This document shows positions 1 through 9,282 of a stretch of 64,000 bases of DNA, one piece after another (within the stretch, counting starts at the first letter, position 1; each line of letters opens with the position of its first letter). Source of the DNA: an uncultured Candidatus Saccharibacteria bacterium. Lineage in GTDB: Bacteria > Patescibacteriota > Minisyncoccia > Phycocordibacterales > UBA918. The position numbers and the translations under genes were made by a program. A model generated the notes under the pieces. That model was not told the origin of the DNA. It made no database searches and saw only the letters and a program-made list of their open reading frames with translations. The stretch covers positions 3,882-67,881 of the forward strand of contig CAZXUO010000004.1 of the NCBI GenBank assembly GCA_964643955.1, read 5' to 3'.

Positions 1-125
1 ACATGCGCACGGAGCTCTCCGACGAAGATGGTGAAAAACTCGCCAACCTCATTGAGGAGCTTGAAGACAATGATGACGTTCAAGACATCTACACCGCCGC
101 GGACGAAGTTGAAGCAACAGACTAA
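1..125 (+). CDS. yebC: YebC/PmpR-family transcriptional regulator, C-terminal fragment (5' end outside window)
   Basis: Frame from nt 3 translates ...EDGEKLANLIEELEDNDDVQDIYTAADEVEATD*; NDDVQ motif typical of YebC C-terminus; classical yebC-ruvC synteny. Confidence 0.6.
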   Translation, partial: MRTELSDEDGEKLANLIEELEDNDDVQDIYTAADEVEATD

Positions 126-142
126 GACCAGACACCACTCCT

Positions 143-228
143 CGATATCGTTATTTTTTCGTGTCCACGGGGTAATATCATCACCTTCAAAAGCAAACGT
201 CGGAGCGTACGAAAAAATGACGATGTCG
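143..228. repeat. Palindromic intergenic element, copy 1 (arms cgatatcgttattttttcgt / acgaaaaaatgacgatgtcg flanking conserved core)
   Basis: Core about 80% identical to 6506-6573; outer inverted-repeat arms differ from copy 2 but stay complementary. Confidence 0.6.
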
Positions 229-274
229 AGAGGCTCTCATGTGTTAGTGAAAAATTAGTATACTTCTCAGTATT

Positions 275-769
275 ATGCGCGTACTCGCCTGCGACCCTGG
301 ATACGACCGACTTGGTATAGCCGTGCTTGAGAAAATGCACGGAAAAGAGCACCTACTTTTTTCTTCGTGTGTCACCAGCGACAAAAAAGCTGCGATCGCC
401 GATCGTCTTCACACCATCGGCGCAGCGTTCTCTGCACTCATTGAGGAACACGCGCCTACACACATCGCGCTCGAAACGCTTTTCTTTAGTAAGAATGTAA
501 AGACTGCCATGCACGTCGCAGAGACCCGCGGCCTCCTCCTCTATATTGCGCGCGCAAAAGGCTGTACGGTCGTCGAGTACACCCCGCAAGAAGTAAAGGT
601 CGCGGTCACTGGCTACGGAAAGAGCGATAAGACGAGCGTGACCGCGATGGTAAAACGCCTCATCCCTTCGGTACGGCCTGGAGCGCTTGATGATGAGTAC
701 GACGCGGTCGCAGTCGGTATCACGGCACTCGCCTCTATTCGGGACATTTCCCCAACGAGAACGCACTAA
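275..769 (+). CDS. ruvC: Crossover junction endodeoxyribonuclease RuvC
   Basis: MRVLACDPGYDRLGIAVLE... RuvC N-terminal signature; size 164 aa; follows yebC. Confidence 0.85.
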   Translation: MRVLACDPGYDRLGIAVLEKMHGKEHLLFSSCVTSDKKAAIADRLHTIGAAFSALIEEHAPTHIALETLFFSKNVKTAMHVAETRGLLLYIARAKGCTVVEYTPQEVKVAVTGYGKSDKTSVTAMVKRLIPSVRPGALDDEYDAVAVGITALASIRDISPTRTH

Positions 770-772
770 TAT

Positions 773-1030
773 TTGCACAATCGAGTGCACTCTGGTAAAA
801 AAGACGTGTATTCGTTTTTGCATATCATGATTAATTTTTTACACACAGCATTTCCAGACGAAGAAGAGTCGGAAGATGACAAGGACGAAGCAGTCTCTGA
901 CGACGCACTCGATGCGCTCGACGAAGGCTTTGATGATGGACTCGACACCGCAACTGACGCACTCGCTGACGAAGAAGATGACGAAGACGCCGTGATATTT
1001 GACAAGCACGACGACGAAGACGAATTCTAG
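773..1030 (+). CDS. Small extremely acidic hypothetical protein (D/E-rich, low complexity)
   Basis: ORF directly after ruvC stop, followed by perfect terminator; no recognisable domain. Confidence 0.3.
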   Translation: MHNRVHSGKKDVYSFLHIMINFLHTAFPDEEESEDDKDEAVSDDALDALDEGFDDGLDTATDALADEEDDEDAVIFDKHDDEDEF

Positions 1031-1035
1031 CCAAC

Positions 1036-1079
1036 AAAAACTCCTGAGAAAAATCTCAGGAGTTTTTGTTACTTTTTTA
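1036..1079 (+). terminator. Rho-independent terminator
   Basis: aaaaactcctgag-aaaaat-ctcaggagttttt plus T tract. Confidence 0.7.
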
Positions 1080-1120
1080 CACTCACACCACACATTCCCT
1101 CTTTGTGCTAGTATCAGTGT

Positions 1121-3313
1121 ATGAAACGAGCACAGAGACTCTTTAAGAAGTATTACAAGCAAATAGCAGCAGATATCCTTCTCGGATTATTCGTTATTGG
1201 CCTTATTTTAGGCGGTATTTTAATGTTGTGGATCTCGACACTTGAGATTCCTGACCTTCAGGCATTTGAGCAGCGCCGCGTGCTCCAATCGACCAAAATA
1301 TATGACCGAACAGGCGAAGTGCTCCTCTACGACCTCCACCAAGATGTGCGCCGTACGATCGTGCCGTATGAGGAGATCTCTCGCCACATCATCAACGCAA
1401 GCGTTGCAATCGAAGACGACAGCTTCTTCCAGCACGGCGGTATTCGCCCACTCCGTACCTTCCAAGCAGTCTTTCAAAACTTCTTGAGTGGCGATCTCCT
1501 CGGCGGACAAGGTGGTTCGACTATCACGCAGCAGGTTATTAAAAACTCCGTACTCGCCCAAGAAAAGACGATCACTCGAAAAGTGAAGGAGTGGATTCTT
1601 GCGATCAAGCTTGAGCGACAGCTCACCAAGGAGGAAATCCTCGGTCACTACCTCAATGAATCACCGTATGGGGGCACCATCTATGGTGTCGAAGAAGCGA
1701 GTCAATCATTTTTTGGAAAGTCAGCGTCAGAGGTCACGCTTGCTGAAGCTGCGTACATCGCCGCACTTCCCCAGGCACCAACCTACTACTCTCCATACGG
1801 AAACAATCGTGATGAACTCGAGAAACGAAAGAACCTCGTACTCGAACAGATGAAAAAGAATGGATTTATTACGGACGAAGAGTACGAATCAGCAAAGACC
1901 GCGACGGTTGAGTTTCTCCCTCAGGCAACGAGCGGCATCCGCGCACCACACTTCGTCTTTTATGTTCGTGAGTACCTTGCAGAAAAGTATGGCGAGGAGT
2001 CGCTTGCTGAGCGCGGCTTCCGCGTCATCACCACACTCGATGCGAAGCTTCAAGAAAAGGCAGAAGAAGTAGTGAACCGCTATGCACTTACGAACGAGAA
2101 GACGTTCAATGCAAGTAACGCAGCGATGGTGGCGCAAGACCCGAAGACCGGAGAAATCCTCGTCATGGTCGGCTCACGCAATTATTTTGATGAAGATATT
2201 GACGGCAACTTCAACGTTGCTGTTGCTGATCGCCAGCCAGGATCATCCTTTAAGCCCTTTGTGTACGCTGCGGCTTTTGAAAAAGGCTACACGCCAGAGA
2301 CAGTTGTCTTTGATCTTCAGACACAATTCTCAACCGCATGTTCTCCTCAGGACATGACGAGCGAAAATGGTTGCTACTCACCACAAAACTACGACAACGC
2401 CTTCCGCGGACCGGTCTCTCTCCGCAACGCACTCGCACAATCACTCAACATTCCTGCAGTGAAGACGCTCTATCTTGCTGGCATCACTGATTCGATCAAG
2501 CTTGCGCGTGACATGGGCATCACCGGCCTTGCAGATCGCAACCGCTACGGACTCACGCTCGTACTTGGAGGCGGTGAAGTAAAGCTTGTTGATATGGTCA
2601 ATGCGTACGGCGTCTTTGCAAACGAAGGAAAGCGCGCGGAGCAGACACGCATCCTCCGCATTGAAGATGCGAGTGGAAACGTACTTGAGGAACATAAGCC
2701 AAAAGAAGACGAGGTGCTCGACCGCAACGTCGCACTTCAGATTTCTGACATTCTCTCAGACAATGTTGCGCGCGCACCACTCTATGGATCAAACTCGCAG
2801 CTCTACTTCCCCGGCATTGATGTTGCTGCAAAGACTGGTACGACCAACGACTACCGTGACGCATGGGTACTCGGCTATACACCGAACCTCGTCGTAGGTA
2901 CGTGGGCCGGCAACAATATTCCTGAACCAATGAACCAAATTTCAGGTCTTATCGTGACTCCAATGTGGCGTGAATTTATGGACTTTGCCCTCGCCGAGCG
3001 TGAAAAACAATCCTTCCCTGAACCTGCAGACACCCCTACTGACTTAAAGCCCGTACTACGCGGTATTTGGTTTGATCCGAGCTCAATCAGTATTGATCCA
3101 AACGCATCGAGCACCACTGGTGTCGGCAGCGCCATCAGCTCAGCACACGATATTCTCCACTATGTAATAAAAGACAACCCTCGCGGACCATATCCATCAA
3201 ATCCTGCTCAAGACCCACAGTATGCGTATTGGGAGTATCCCGTCACCCTCTGGAAAAACGGACTCACGGGTGGAGCGTCTTCACAAACACAAGATTCAGA
3301 AGACGACGACTAG
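1121..3313 (+). CDS. Class A penicillin-binding protein (transglycosylase + transpeptidase, PBP1A family)
   Basis: GT51 motifs (QHGGIRP, GGSTITQQ); transpeptidase SSFKP (SxxK) and KTGTT motifs; N-terminal TM anchor. Confidence 0.9.
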   Translation: MKRAQRLFKKYYKQIAADILLGLFVIGLILGGILMLWISTLEIPDLQAFEQRRVLQSTKIYDRTGEVLLYDLHQDVRRTIVPYEEISRHIINASVAIEDDSFFQHGGIRPLRTFQAVFQNFLSGDLLGGQGGSTITQQVIKNSVLAQEKTITRKVKEWILAIKLERQLTKEEILGHYLNESPYGGTIYGVEEASQSFFGKSASEVTLAEAAYIAALPQAPTYYSPYGNNRDELEKRKNLVLEQMKKNGFITDEEYESAKTATVEFLPQATSGIRAPHFVFYVREYLAEKYGEESLAERGFRVITTLDAKLQEKAEEVVNRYALTNEKTFNASNAAMVAQDPKTGEILVMVGSRNYFDEDIDGNFNVAVADRQPGSSFKPFVYAAAFEKGYTPETVVFDLQTQFSTACSPQDMTSENGCYSPQNYDNAFRGPVSLRNALAQSLNIPAVKTLYLAGITDSIKLARDMGITGLADRNRYGLTLVLGGGEVKLVDMVNAYGVFANEGKRAEQTRILRIEDASGNVLEEHKPKEDEVLDRNVALQISDILSDNVARAPLYGSNSQLYFPGIDVAAKTGTTNDYRDAWVLGYTPNLVVGTWAGNNIPEPMNQISGLIVTPMWREFMDFALAEREKQSFPEPADTPTDLKPVLRGIWFDPSSISIDPNASSTTGVGSAISSAHDILHYVIKDNPRGPYPSNPAQDPQYAYWEYPVTLWKNGLTGGASSQTQDSEDDD

Positions 3314-3619
3314 CTAGACCACGTGCTCTGGCATACCGTTTCCACCAAGTGTTTCTTTGCAGAGCGTGAGAATCTGTTTTTTGTTAAACATGATTTCGCT
3401 CTTATGTGGACCGGAGACCGCAACTGAGATAGTGCGTGTATGCACGTTATATCGCACCACATCGCGCGAGAGCGCGTGTTTGGTGATATGCTCCACCGCT
3501 GCACAGAACGCCGTCACCACGACGCCCTGAGGGGGTCGTAGGCGTGCCTGATATTTCGCAAAGAGACTACTTATCGGCACCGCGCCCTCATATTTTTCTT
3601 TCGCGCGCCTCCGTACCAT
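3314..3619 (-). CDS. DUF721/DciA-like small protein downstream of dnaN
   Basis: About 100 aa, pattern ...TISVAVSGPHKSEIMFNKKQIL resembles DUF721 core; position after dnaN. Confidence 0.4.
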   Translation of the reverse strand: MVRRRAKEKYEGAVPISSLFAKYQARLRPPQGVVVTAFCAAVEHITKHALSRDVVRYNVHTRTISVAVSGPHKSEIMFNKKQILTLCKETLGGNGMPEHVV

Positions 3620-3628
3620 ACAAAAATG

Positions 3629-4732
3629 CTAACGATTCATCGGCATCACCAGGTACCTGAGTGATTTTTCCGCAACCCCCTCCATCACCATCGGCCGGCC
3701 AACACCCGCAAAACGCAATACGATACTGTCGTCGATAAATGAACCGAGCGGATCATTGAGATAGCGCTGATTGAAACTCAATGCGAGCTCCTCTCCTTCG
3801 ATAGTTGCACTGATACCCTCTTCGGTTTTTCCGAGCTCCCCGTTGTCTGATGAAAAGGTGACGGTATTGCTCTTTGGATCGATAGTTGCGCGCACCTGAA
3901 GAAATGCATTCGTAAAGATGTTTGTCTTTTTGAGTGCGTGCGTGATGTCGCCACGCAATACCGTTGCATTTGTTTTAAATTCTTTTGGAATAATCTGCTG
4001 GTAGTCAGGGAACGACGCTTCAGTGAGTCGTGTTGCCACATAGACTCCCTTTGCAAAACGGAGTGCGAGCTGGTTTTCAGACACGACCATCTGTGGATCT
4101 TCATCTACGAGCTCTATGATCCGTGCAATCTCAAGAGCATTTTTAAACGGCACCAAGAGCGATGTCTCGAGAGTGACTCCCTTTTGTGGTACCACCTTTT
4201 CAATGAGGCGAAATGAGTCAGTTGCGACAAATGTGAGTGAGTGTTCTTTCTGTTGATGAATGAACACACTCCCAAGCTCGGGCTTGATGGATGATTGCGA
4301 CGCAGCAAACGCTGCTGTTTTTATACCAAGCGCAAAGAGTGCGCCGTTGAGTGTTTGTGTATTGCCCGAAAGCTGTTGGATTGCCGGAAACTCTTCTGAC
4401 GGAAGTGTTTTGATTGTTGTTCGAGATTTTCCCGACTCAACCACAAGCATATCTCCCTCTGACTTCAGGGTTACATTGCGATCATTTAAAAGCTGGACCG
4501 TCTGCATCAAGAGCGCTCCCGGCACTGCATGCACTCCCTCGCTTTTTACCACACCCGGAAGAACTACTTCGGCACTTAATTCCAAATTTGTTGCACGGAG
4601 CGTGAGTTGACCTTCGGTGTTTACGCTAAAGAGCACACACTGGAGTACGGGAAGTGTTTGATGCTTCGCACTGATACGTGCGAGTATCTCGAGTGCTTGC
4701 AGTAGTTTCTCCTTTTCAACATTGATGTGCAT
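3629..4732 (-). CDS. dnaN: DNA polymerase III beta subunit (sliding clamp)
   Basis: 367 aa, N-terminal MHINVEKEKLLQALEILARIS..., three-domain clamp architecture; dnaA-dnaN synteny. Confidence 0.9.
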   Translation of the reverse strand: MHINVEKEKLLQALEILARISAKHQTLPVLQCVLFSVNTEGQLTLRATNLELSAEVVLPGVVKSEGVHAVPGALLMQTVQLLNDRNVTLKSEGDMLVVESGKSRTTIKTLPSEEFPAIQQLSGNTQTLNGALFALGIKTAAFAASQSSIKPELGSVFIHQQKEHSLTFVATDSFRLIEKVVPQKGVTLETSLLVPFKNALEIARIIELVDEDPQMVVSENQLALRFAKGVYVATRLTEASFPDYQQIIPKEFKTNATVLRGDITHALKKTNIFTNAFLQVRATIDPKSNTVTFSSDNGELGKTEEGISATIEGEELALSFNQRYLNDPLGSFIDDSIVLRFAGVGRPMVMEGVAEKSLRYLVMPMNR

Positions 4733-4982
4733 AGCCGGTTGATTATTCTTTTTAAAAATCTTCTTATTATTAGGGGTGTTGATGAGGTGTATAACTCATT
4801 TCTATCGAGGTAGTACGGGATATTTCTATAAACAATTCTTCGGATTGCGTGGTGTATAGCGGGTGAATATCTGGGGATAGCTTGTGTGTGAAGTGTATAA
4901 GTGGAAGCTCGATGCTGCCTATTCCGCAGTGTTGTGCGACTCGATGCGCACCACAATACCTCCCCTTTCCACAGCCTATCCA
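4733..4982. promoter_or_regulatory. dnaA-dnaN spacer with DnaA-box-like 9-mers (candidate oriC / DUE region)
   Basis: ggtgtataa (4784-4792), gtgtatag (about 4853), agtgtataa (4902-4910), ctatccact (4970-4978), all one mismatch from TTATCCACA; AT-rich. Confidence 0.45.
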
Positions 4983-6377
4983 CTATTTTAAAAGAGCACG
5001 GATCTGCCCAAGCTCGTCTTCGAGCTCAGAGCTTCCCTTCAGATCATTTCTAATCTTTTCGCAGGAGTGAATGACGGTCGTGTGGTCGCGGCCACCGAGC
5101 TTGAGACCGATTGCGGGATACGACACCTGAAAATCTTCACGGAGGATGTACATAATGAGCTGTCGCGGCTTCACGATCTCTTTACGGCGCGTCTTTTCGT
5201 AGATGCTCGCAGGCTCTATTTCATAGAAACGCGCGACTTTATCCACTACATCAGAAACTGCAAGTGATTTTCGAGGACGGGTGCTGTTTTTGATAAGCAG
5301 CTTTACTTCGTCGAGTGAGAGCGTGCGCCCGAGGAGCTGCGACTGACACATGATGGTATTGAGCGCTCCTTCGAGCTCGCGCACGTTTCCCTCAATGGTT
5401 TGCGAGAGGTGTTCAACGACTGCGTCATCAAGCGTGATGCCGTGCTGTGCAGCTTTTGCCTTGAGAATAGCGCTTCGAGACTCAATATCGGGCGCAGGAA
5501 TATCAACGATCATTCCCTGCGCAAAACGTGAGCGGAGGCGCTCTTCCATGTGTGACATGAGGTGCGGCGCGACATCTGATGAAAAGACAATCTGCTTATT
5601 GTTGTCGTGAAGCGCGTTGAAGAGATGAAAAAGTTCTTCCTGCGTCTTCTCTTTATTTGCGAGAAATTGTACGTCGTCCATGATGAGAGCATCGTACTGT
5701 CGATACTTATCTTTAAAGCTGTTGGCGGTACCGTTTTGAAGCGAATTCATGAAGTCTACGGTGAAACGCTCACTCGTAACGTAGAACACTTTGCGTCCGA
5801 GGCGCTTGAGGTGATTTCCTACTGCTTGAATGAGATGCGTCTTGCCATGACCAGTCTTTCCGTAGATGAAAAGCGGGTTGTATGCGATGCCGGGCTTCTC
5901 TGCAACGGTCTTTGCAGCGGTATGTGCGAGCGCATTGAAGGGGCCGACGACAAAGGTGTCGAAAATATACTTTGGATTGAGGTTGTCGCTCTTGTTTATG
6001 TAATATTCCTCAAGTGGAAGTGCAGTATTGACCGTTTGTTGCTGCACTTTTTCGCTGCGCTTATCGTTTCGTGCTACCACTGCATACTCAACACTGCGCA
6101 CGTGCGGAGAAAGGTCACGGAGGGTCTTTAAAATGACGCTATGAAACTTGTCCGCAAGCCAATCCTTAACAAAGACACTCGGGACACCGACGGTCACCGT
6201 ACCGTCTTCAAGCGCCGTGATGTGTGTGTCCTTGAACCACGTCTTGAAGTTTGCGGGAGTGATGGAGAGTTCGATGTGGATAAGCGCGTCATCCCACAAT
6301 TGCTTCACATTGACGTGCTGTGTTTCAAGAGCAGTTGTCGTATGTGAAAGAGGACTCATACCAAAAGTTATAAGCAT
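4983..6377 (-). CDS. dnaA: Chromosomal replication initiator protein DnaA
   Basis: Walker A GKTGHGKTHL, AAA+ domain, C-terminal DnaA signature ...DHTTVIHSCEKI. Confidence 0.95.
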   Translation of the reverse strand: MLITFGMSPLSHTTTALETQHVNVKQLWDDALIHIELSITPANFKTWFKDTHITALEDGTVTVGVPSVFVKDWLADKFHSVILKTLRDLSPHVRSVEYAVVARNDKRSEKVQQQTVNTALPLEEYYINKSDNLNPKYIFDTFVVGPFNALAHTAAKTVAEKPGIAYNPLFIYGKTGHGKTHLIQAVGNHLKRLGRKVFYVTSERFTVDFMNSLQNGTANSFKDKYRQYDALIMDDVQFLANKEKTQEELFHLFNALHDNNKQIVFSSDVAPHLMSHMEERLRSRFAQGMIVDIPAPDIESRSAILKAKAAQHGITLDDAVVEHLSQTIEGNVRELEGALNTIMCQSQLLGRTLSLDEVKLLIKNSTRPRKSLAVSDVVDKVARFYEIEPASIYEKTRRKEIVKPRQLIMYILREDFQVSYPAIGLKLGGRDHTTVIHSCEKIRNDLKGSSELEDELGQIRALLK

Positions 6378-6680
6378 TATACGCCACCGACAGGGGGTGT
6401 AAACTCAGGCGCGTATTCCGCGCGTTTTATACACGTACTGGCGTCAACTGTGTATAACCTGTTGAAAAGTCGATTTCATATATTCCCTCTTAGCGCCGTA
6501 CTGCATATTTTTCGTATCCGTGGGAGCCATTTTCACCATCTTCAATAACAAACGTCGGAACGTACGAAAAATATGCAGTACGGCGCTGAGGCTGTCTTGT
6601 AGAGTGCCTAAGATTTCTAAGTCGCTACACTCCTAGAAATCTATTGAAAAAATAGGAATATAGTGTATTGTGTTGGGACT
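6378..6680. promoter_or_regulatory. Divergent dnaA / rpmH promoter region with two opposed DnaA-box-like sites
   Basis: ttatacacg (6426-6434) and tgtgtataa (6448-6456); also contains repeat copy 2. Confidence 0.4.
6493..6586. repeat. Palindromic intergenic element, copy 2 (perfect 24-bp inverted repeat gcgccgtactgcatatttttcgta ... tacgaaaaatatgcagtacggcgc)
   Basis: Perfect 24-bp IR around a 46-bp core that matches the copy at 143-228. Confidence 0.65.
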
Positions 6681-6818
6681 ATGTCAAAGCGAACCTACCA
6701 GCCGAAGAAGAAAAAGCGGGCTACAACCCACGGTTTTTTGGTCCGTTCGGCTACTCCGTCAGGAGCCAAAATCCTCCGTGCACGACGCCGTAAGGGCCGC
6801 GCAAAGCTCACGGTCTAA
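6681..6818 (+). CDS. rpmH: 50S ribosomal protein L34
   Basis: [45 protein letters not shown]; below ORF-track size cutoff; rpmH-rnpA-yidC synteny. Confidence 0.9.
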   Translation: MSKRTYQPKKKKRATTHGFLVRSATPSGAKILRARRRKGRAKLTV

Positions 6819-6820
6819 GT

Positions 6821-6848
6821 AAAAAGCCCCTTTTGAGGGGCTTTTTAC
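6821..6848 (+). terminator. Rho-independent terminator after rpmH
   Basis: aaaaagcccc-tttt-gaggggcttttt. Confidence 0.7.
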
Positions 6849-6890
6849 TATCTTTCCCTCTCATACACCTTTCGCGTATACTCCATATAT

Positions 6891-7223
6891 ATGTTTCCCC
6901 AGGAAGAACGACTCACCCGAAGCCAGTTTGATGAGGCCTTTAAGCGTGGAATACGGGTCCACACGCCCTCGATGCTTTTTGTGTATGTCGAAGGAGGTAG
7001 TCGGAAAGGCGCCGTCGTTGTGTCAAAAAAAGTGGCAAAAAGTGCCGTGGCGCGCAATCGTTTGCGCCGACAGATCTATACGGTCCTCCGGGCATTAGGT
7101 CCTGCCCTCGGCACCAGTATCGTACTTTTGAAGTCAGCCCCCAAGGGCTCTTTTGGTGAACTACTCCTCGAGCTTGAGAGGGCTGCGTCGCGCGCGGTTG
7201 GTATAAGCGCTCGTTCGCGTTAA
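6891..7223 (+). CDS. rnpA: Ribonuclease P protein component
   Basis: 110 aa basic protein, ...KSAVARNRLRRQIY... RnpA motif; synteny. Confidence 0.85.
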   Translation: MFPQEERLTRSQFDEAFKRGIRVHTPSMLFVYVEGGSRKGAVVVSKKVAKSAVARNRLRRQIYTVLRALGPALGTSIVLLKSAPKGSFGELLLELERAASRAVGISARSR

Positions 7224-7224
7224 A

Positions 7225-7983
7225 ATGGCGGGTATGTTTTCATCCATTTGGCACGGGGTTTTCTTTGATCCTATTTACAACGGCCTTATTTTTATCCTCA
7301 ACCACGTACCGGGTGGCGACGTCGGTGTTGCGATCATTATTCTTACCGTCGTTATCAAGCTCCTCCTCCTTCCCCTTTCAGTACGTGCTACGAAAACACA
7401 GCACGCAATGCGTGAGCTCGAGCCAAAGCTCGCGGAGATAAAGGAGAAACACAAAGATGATCGAGAAAAACTCGCGCGCGAGACTATGGGTGCGTATAAA
7501 GAAGCGGGTGTGAACCCTTTTGCAAGTATCTTACTCATCCTCATCCAGCTGCCCGTCATTATTGCGCTCTATCTCTCGGTGTATCGCGGTGGTGGCGTAG
7601 CGCTCCCTGCTATCAATGTAGATCTTCTCTACTCGTTCGTACCAACACCCGAGACAGCGACGATGATGTTTCTTGGGTTTATGGATATTGCCGCACGGAG
7701 CTTCCCGCTCGCCTTTCTTGCGGGTGTGACGCAGTTTTATCACACACGACTTTCACTTCCCCCGCTTGCTCCTAAAGAAAAAGATGCGAAGCCAAGTTTC
7801 AAGGATGATTTCCAACGCAGCATGCAGATGCAGATGCGGTACGTGATGCCGATCATTATTTTCTTTGTGGCGTACACCATCTCAGCAGCGATTGCGCTCT
7901 ACTTCCTTGTGAGCAACCTGATGGCAATTGCGCAGGAGTATTTCATCAAGTGGCATGTGCCAGCACCGGAGAAAAAGGATTAA
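7225..7983 (+). CDS. yidC: Membrane protein insertase YidC/Oxa1 (short form)
   Basis: Polytopic, conserved YidC core (KLLLLPLSVRATKTQHAMRELEPK..., GVNPFASILLILIQLPVIIAL). Confidence 0.85.
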   Translation: MAGMFSSIWHGVFFDPIYNGLIFILNHVPGGDVGVAIIILTVVIKLLLLPLSVRATKTQHAMRELEPKLAEIKEKHKDDREKLARETMGAYKEAGVNPFASILLILIQLPVIIALYLSVYRGGGVALPAINVDLLYSFVPTPETATMMFLGFMDIAARSFPLAFLAGVTQFYHTRLSLPPLAPKEKDAKPSFKDDFQRSMQMQMRYVMPIIIFFVAYTISAAIALYFLVSNLMAIAQEYFIKWHVPAPEKKD

Positions 7984-8004
7984 ATTTAGAGGTAAATAGA
8001 GTAA

Positions 8005-8044
8005 AACAAAAGCCCGCGCACAAGTGCGCGGGCTTTTGTTTATT
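8005..8044. terminator. Bidirectional rho-independent terminator
   Basis: aaaagcccgcgcac-aagt-gcgcgggcttttg between convergent yidC and 8056-9279 gene. Confidence 0.7.
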
Positions 8045-8055
8045 ATGGACAATGA

Positions 8056-9279
8056 CTATTCTTCTCCCTCGGTCTGCTCGACGTCTTCCATAGAATCGGC
8101 GCTCGGCGTAATACTTTGCGGTAATTCCTGAAGCCACAACAGCCCATCACGCTTGTTGGTAAAGATAAGCATCGTGCTCGACGCATTTACATGCATGTCG
8201 AGAATATCAATTATTTCTCCAACGTCTTCGCTCGGTATGCTGATAAGTGCTGCACTTCCAGTATATGCATCTATTTCCCAAACCATATCATCGAGTGACG
8301 CTACTCCTTGATACCATGCATCAGGGTATTCCCCATTTATAGGAACTACAGATGCTCCGCACCAAAGAATATGTTCACGCTCTCTGTCTGCGGCACATTT
8401 CTCAGGGAAAACGGATACGGTAAGAGGTGTACTTGATGTAGCAGCCCCATAAGAGACAAGCGAGCCTTCGCTGGTAAGGAAAGTAGTTACGAACGAGCTT
8501 TTGGTGGGCGTGAGCATAAGACTCGTAACGCCGCCTGCAATTCTTTCAAACTCACTACCACGATATGCGTAACCAGGCACTCGCGCACTCGGTGTCGTAT
8601 ATGCAAGTATCTCTGGTTCCCAAGAAACTGTAATATCGCGGAGAACAGAATTAAAGAGCTCAATACGTGTGTTTGTTTTAAGATCGTATCGATAACCTGT
8701 GCTTCCAGCGGATGTCGGCATCAGGTAGTAAAGAACATCCCCATTCGATCCAAATGCGATGCTGCGTGATGCTCCGGGTAGTTCGGTGCTCGTAACGACC
8801 GTCTCGCCAGCATCATTTTTTTCGAGTGTATTTACAAATACTCGCTGTGTGACAGGAGATTCTTCTGCAGTAATAACAACTCGGTTTCCTTGCGGCGACC
8901 AGAACGCCTCAGTAGTCCGGGGGATGGTTATGTTTACAAGCCTAACGCCAGTTTGGGTGTCTGTATCTACTTCATATATATGTCCAGTTCCACGTTCGAC
9001 ATAACGTACTTTGGTTGTACCGTCTTGTTCAAAAATAATCGAACCGGCGACAGGTGTGGTGCTTATTTTTTTAAGGGCCGTAGATGTTTGTCTTTCTTCC
9101 TGAGTATCCTCCGTCACGTCCACTGGTACAAATTCATTTGACCCACCAAAAGAACCAAACGGATTTGGAATTCCTGAAAGACTTTCCGGTCGCCCATTCA
9201 TGAGGAGATACCACCAGGCTCCCCCTAATATGAGAATGAGGAGTATGATGCTTCCGATTATGATCCAAATTTTTTTCAT
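8056..9279 (-). CDS. Membrane-anchored beta-propeller-like (TolB/PD40-like) hypothetical protein; last gene of T4SS-like cluster
   Basis: N-terminal TM, repeated YRYD/GxxxY beta-strand-like blocks; no catalytic motif recognised. Confidence 0.35.
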   Translation of the reverse strand: MKKIWIIIGSIILLILILGGAWWYLLMNGRPESLSGIPNPFGSFGGSNEFVPVDVTEDTQEERQTSTALKKISTTPVAGSIIFEQDGTTKVRYVERGTGHIYEVDTDTQTGVRLVNITIPRTTEAFWSPQGNRVVITAEESPVTQRVFVNTLEKNDAGETVVTSTELPGASRSIAFGSNGDVLYYLMPTSAGSTGYRYDLKTNTRIELFNSVLRDITVSWEPEILAYTTPSARVPGYAYRGSEFERIAGGVTSLMLTPTKSSFVTTFLTSEGSLVSYGAATSSTPLTVSVFPEKCAADREREHILWCGASVVPINGEYPDAWYQGVASLDDMVWEIDAYTGSAALISIPSEDVGEIIDILDMHVNASSTMLIFTNKRDGLLWLQELPQSITPSADSMEDVEQTEGEE

Positions 9280-9282
9280 TTG

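Noticed and set aside
28-352. ORFs 28-258 (+) and 122-352 (-) at the window start
   Set aside because: They span the yebC stop and the palindromic intergenic element, are low-complexity, and the true reading frame (from nt 3) is the YebC C-terminus ending at 125.
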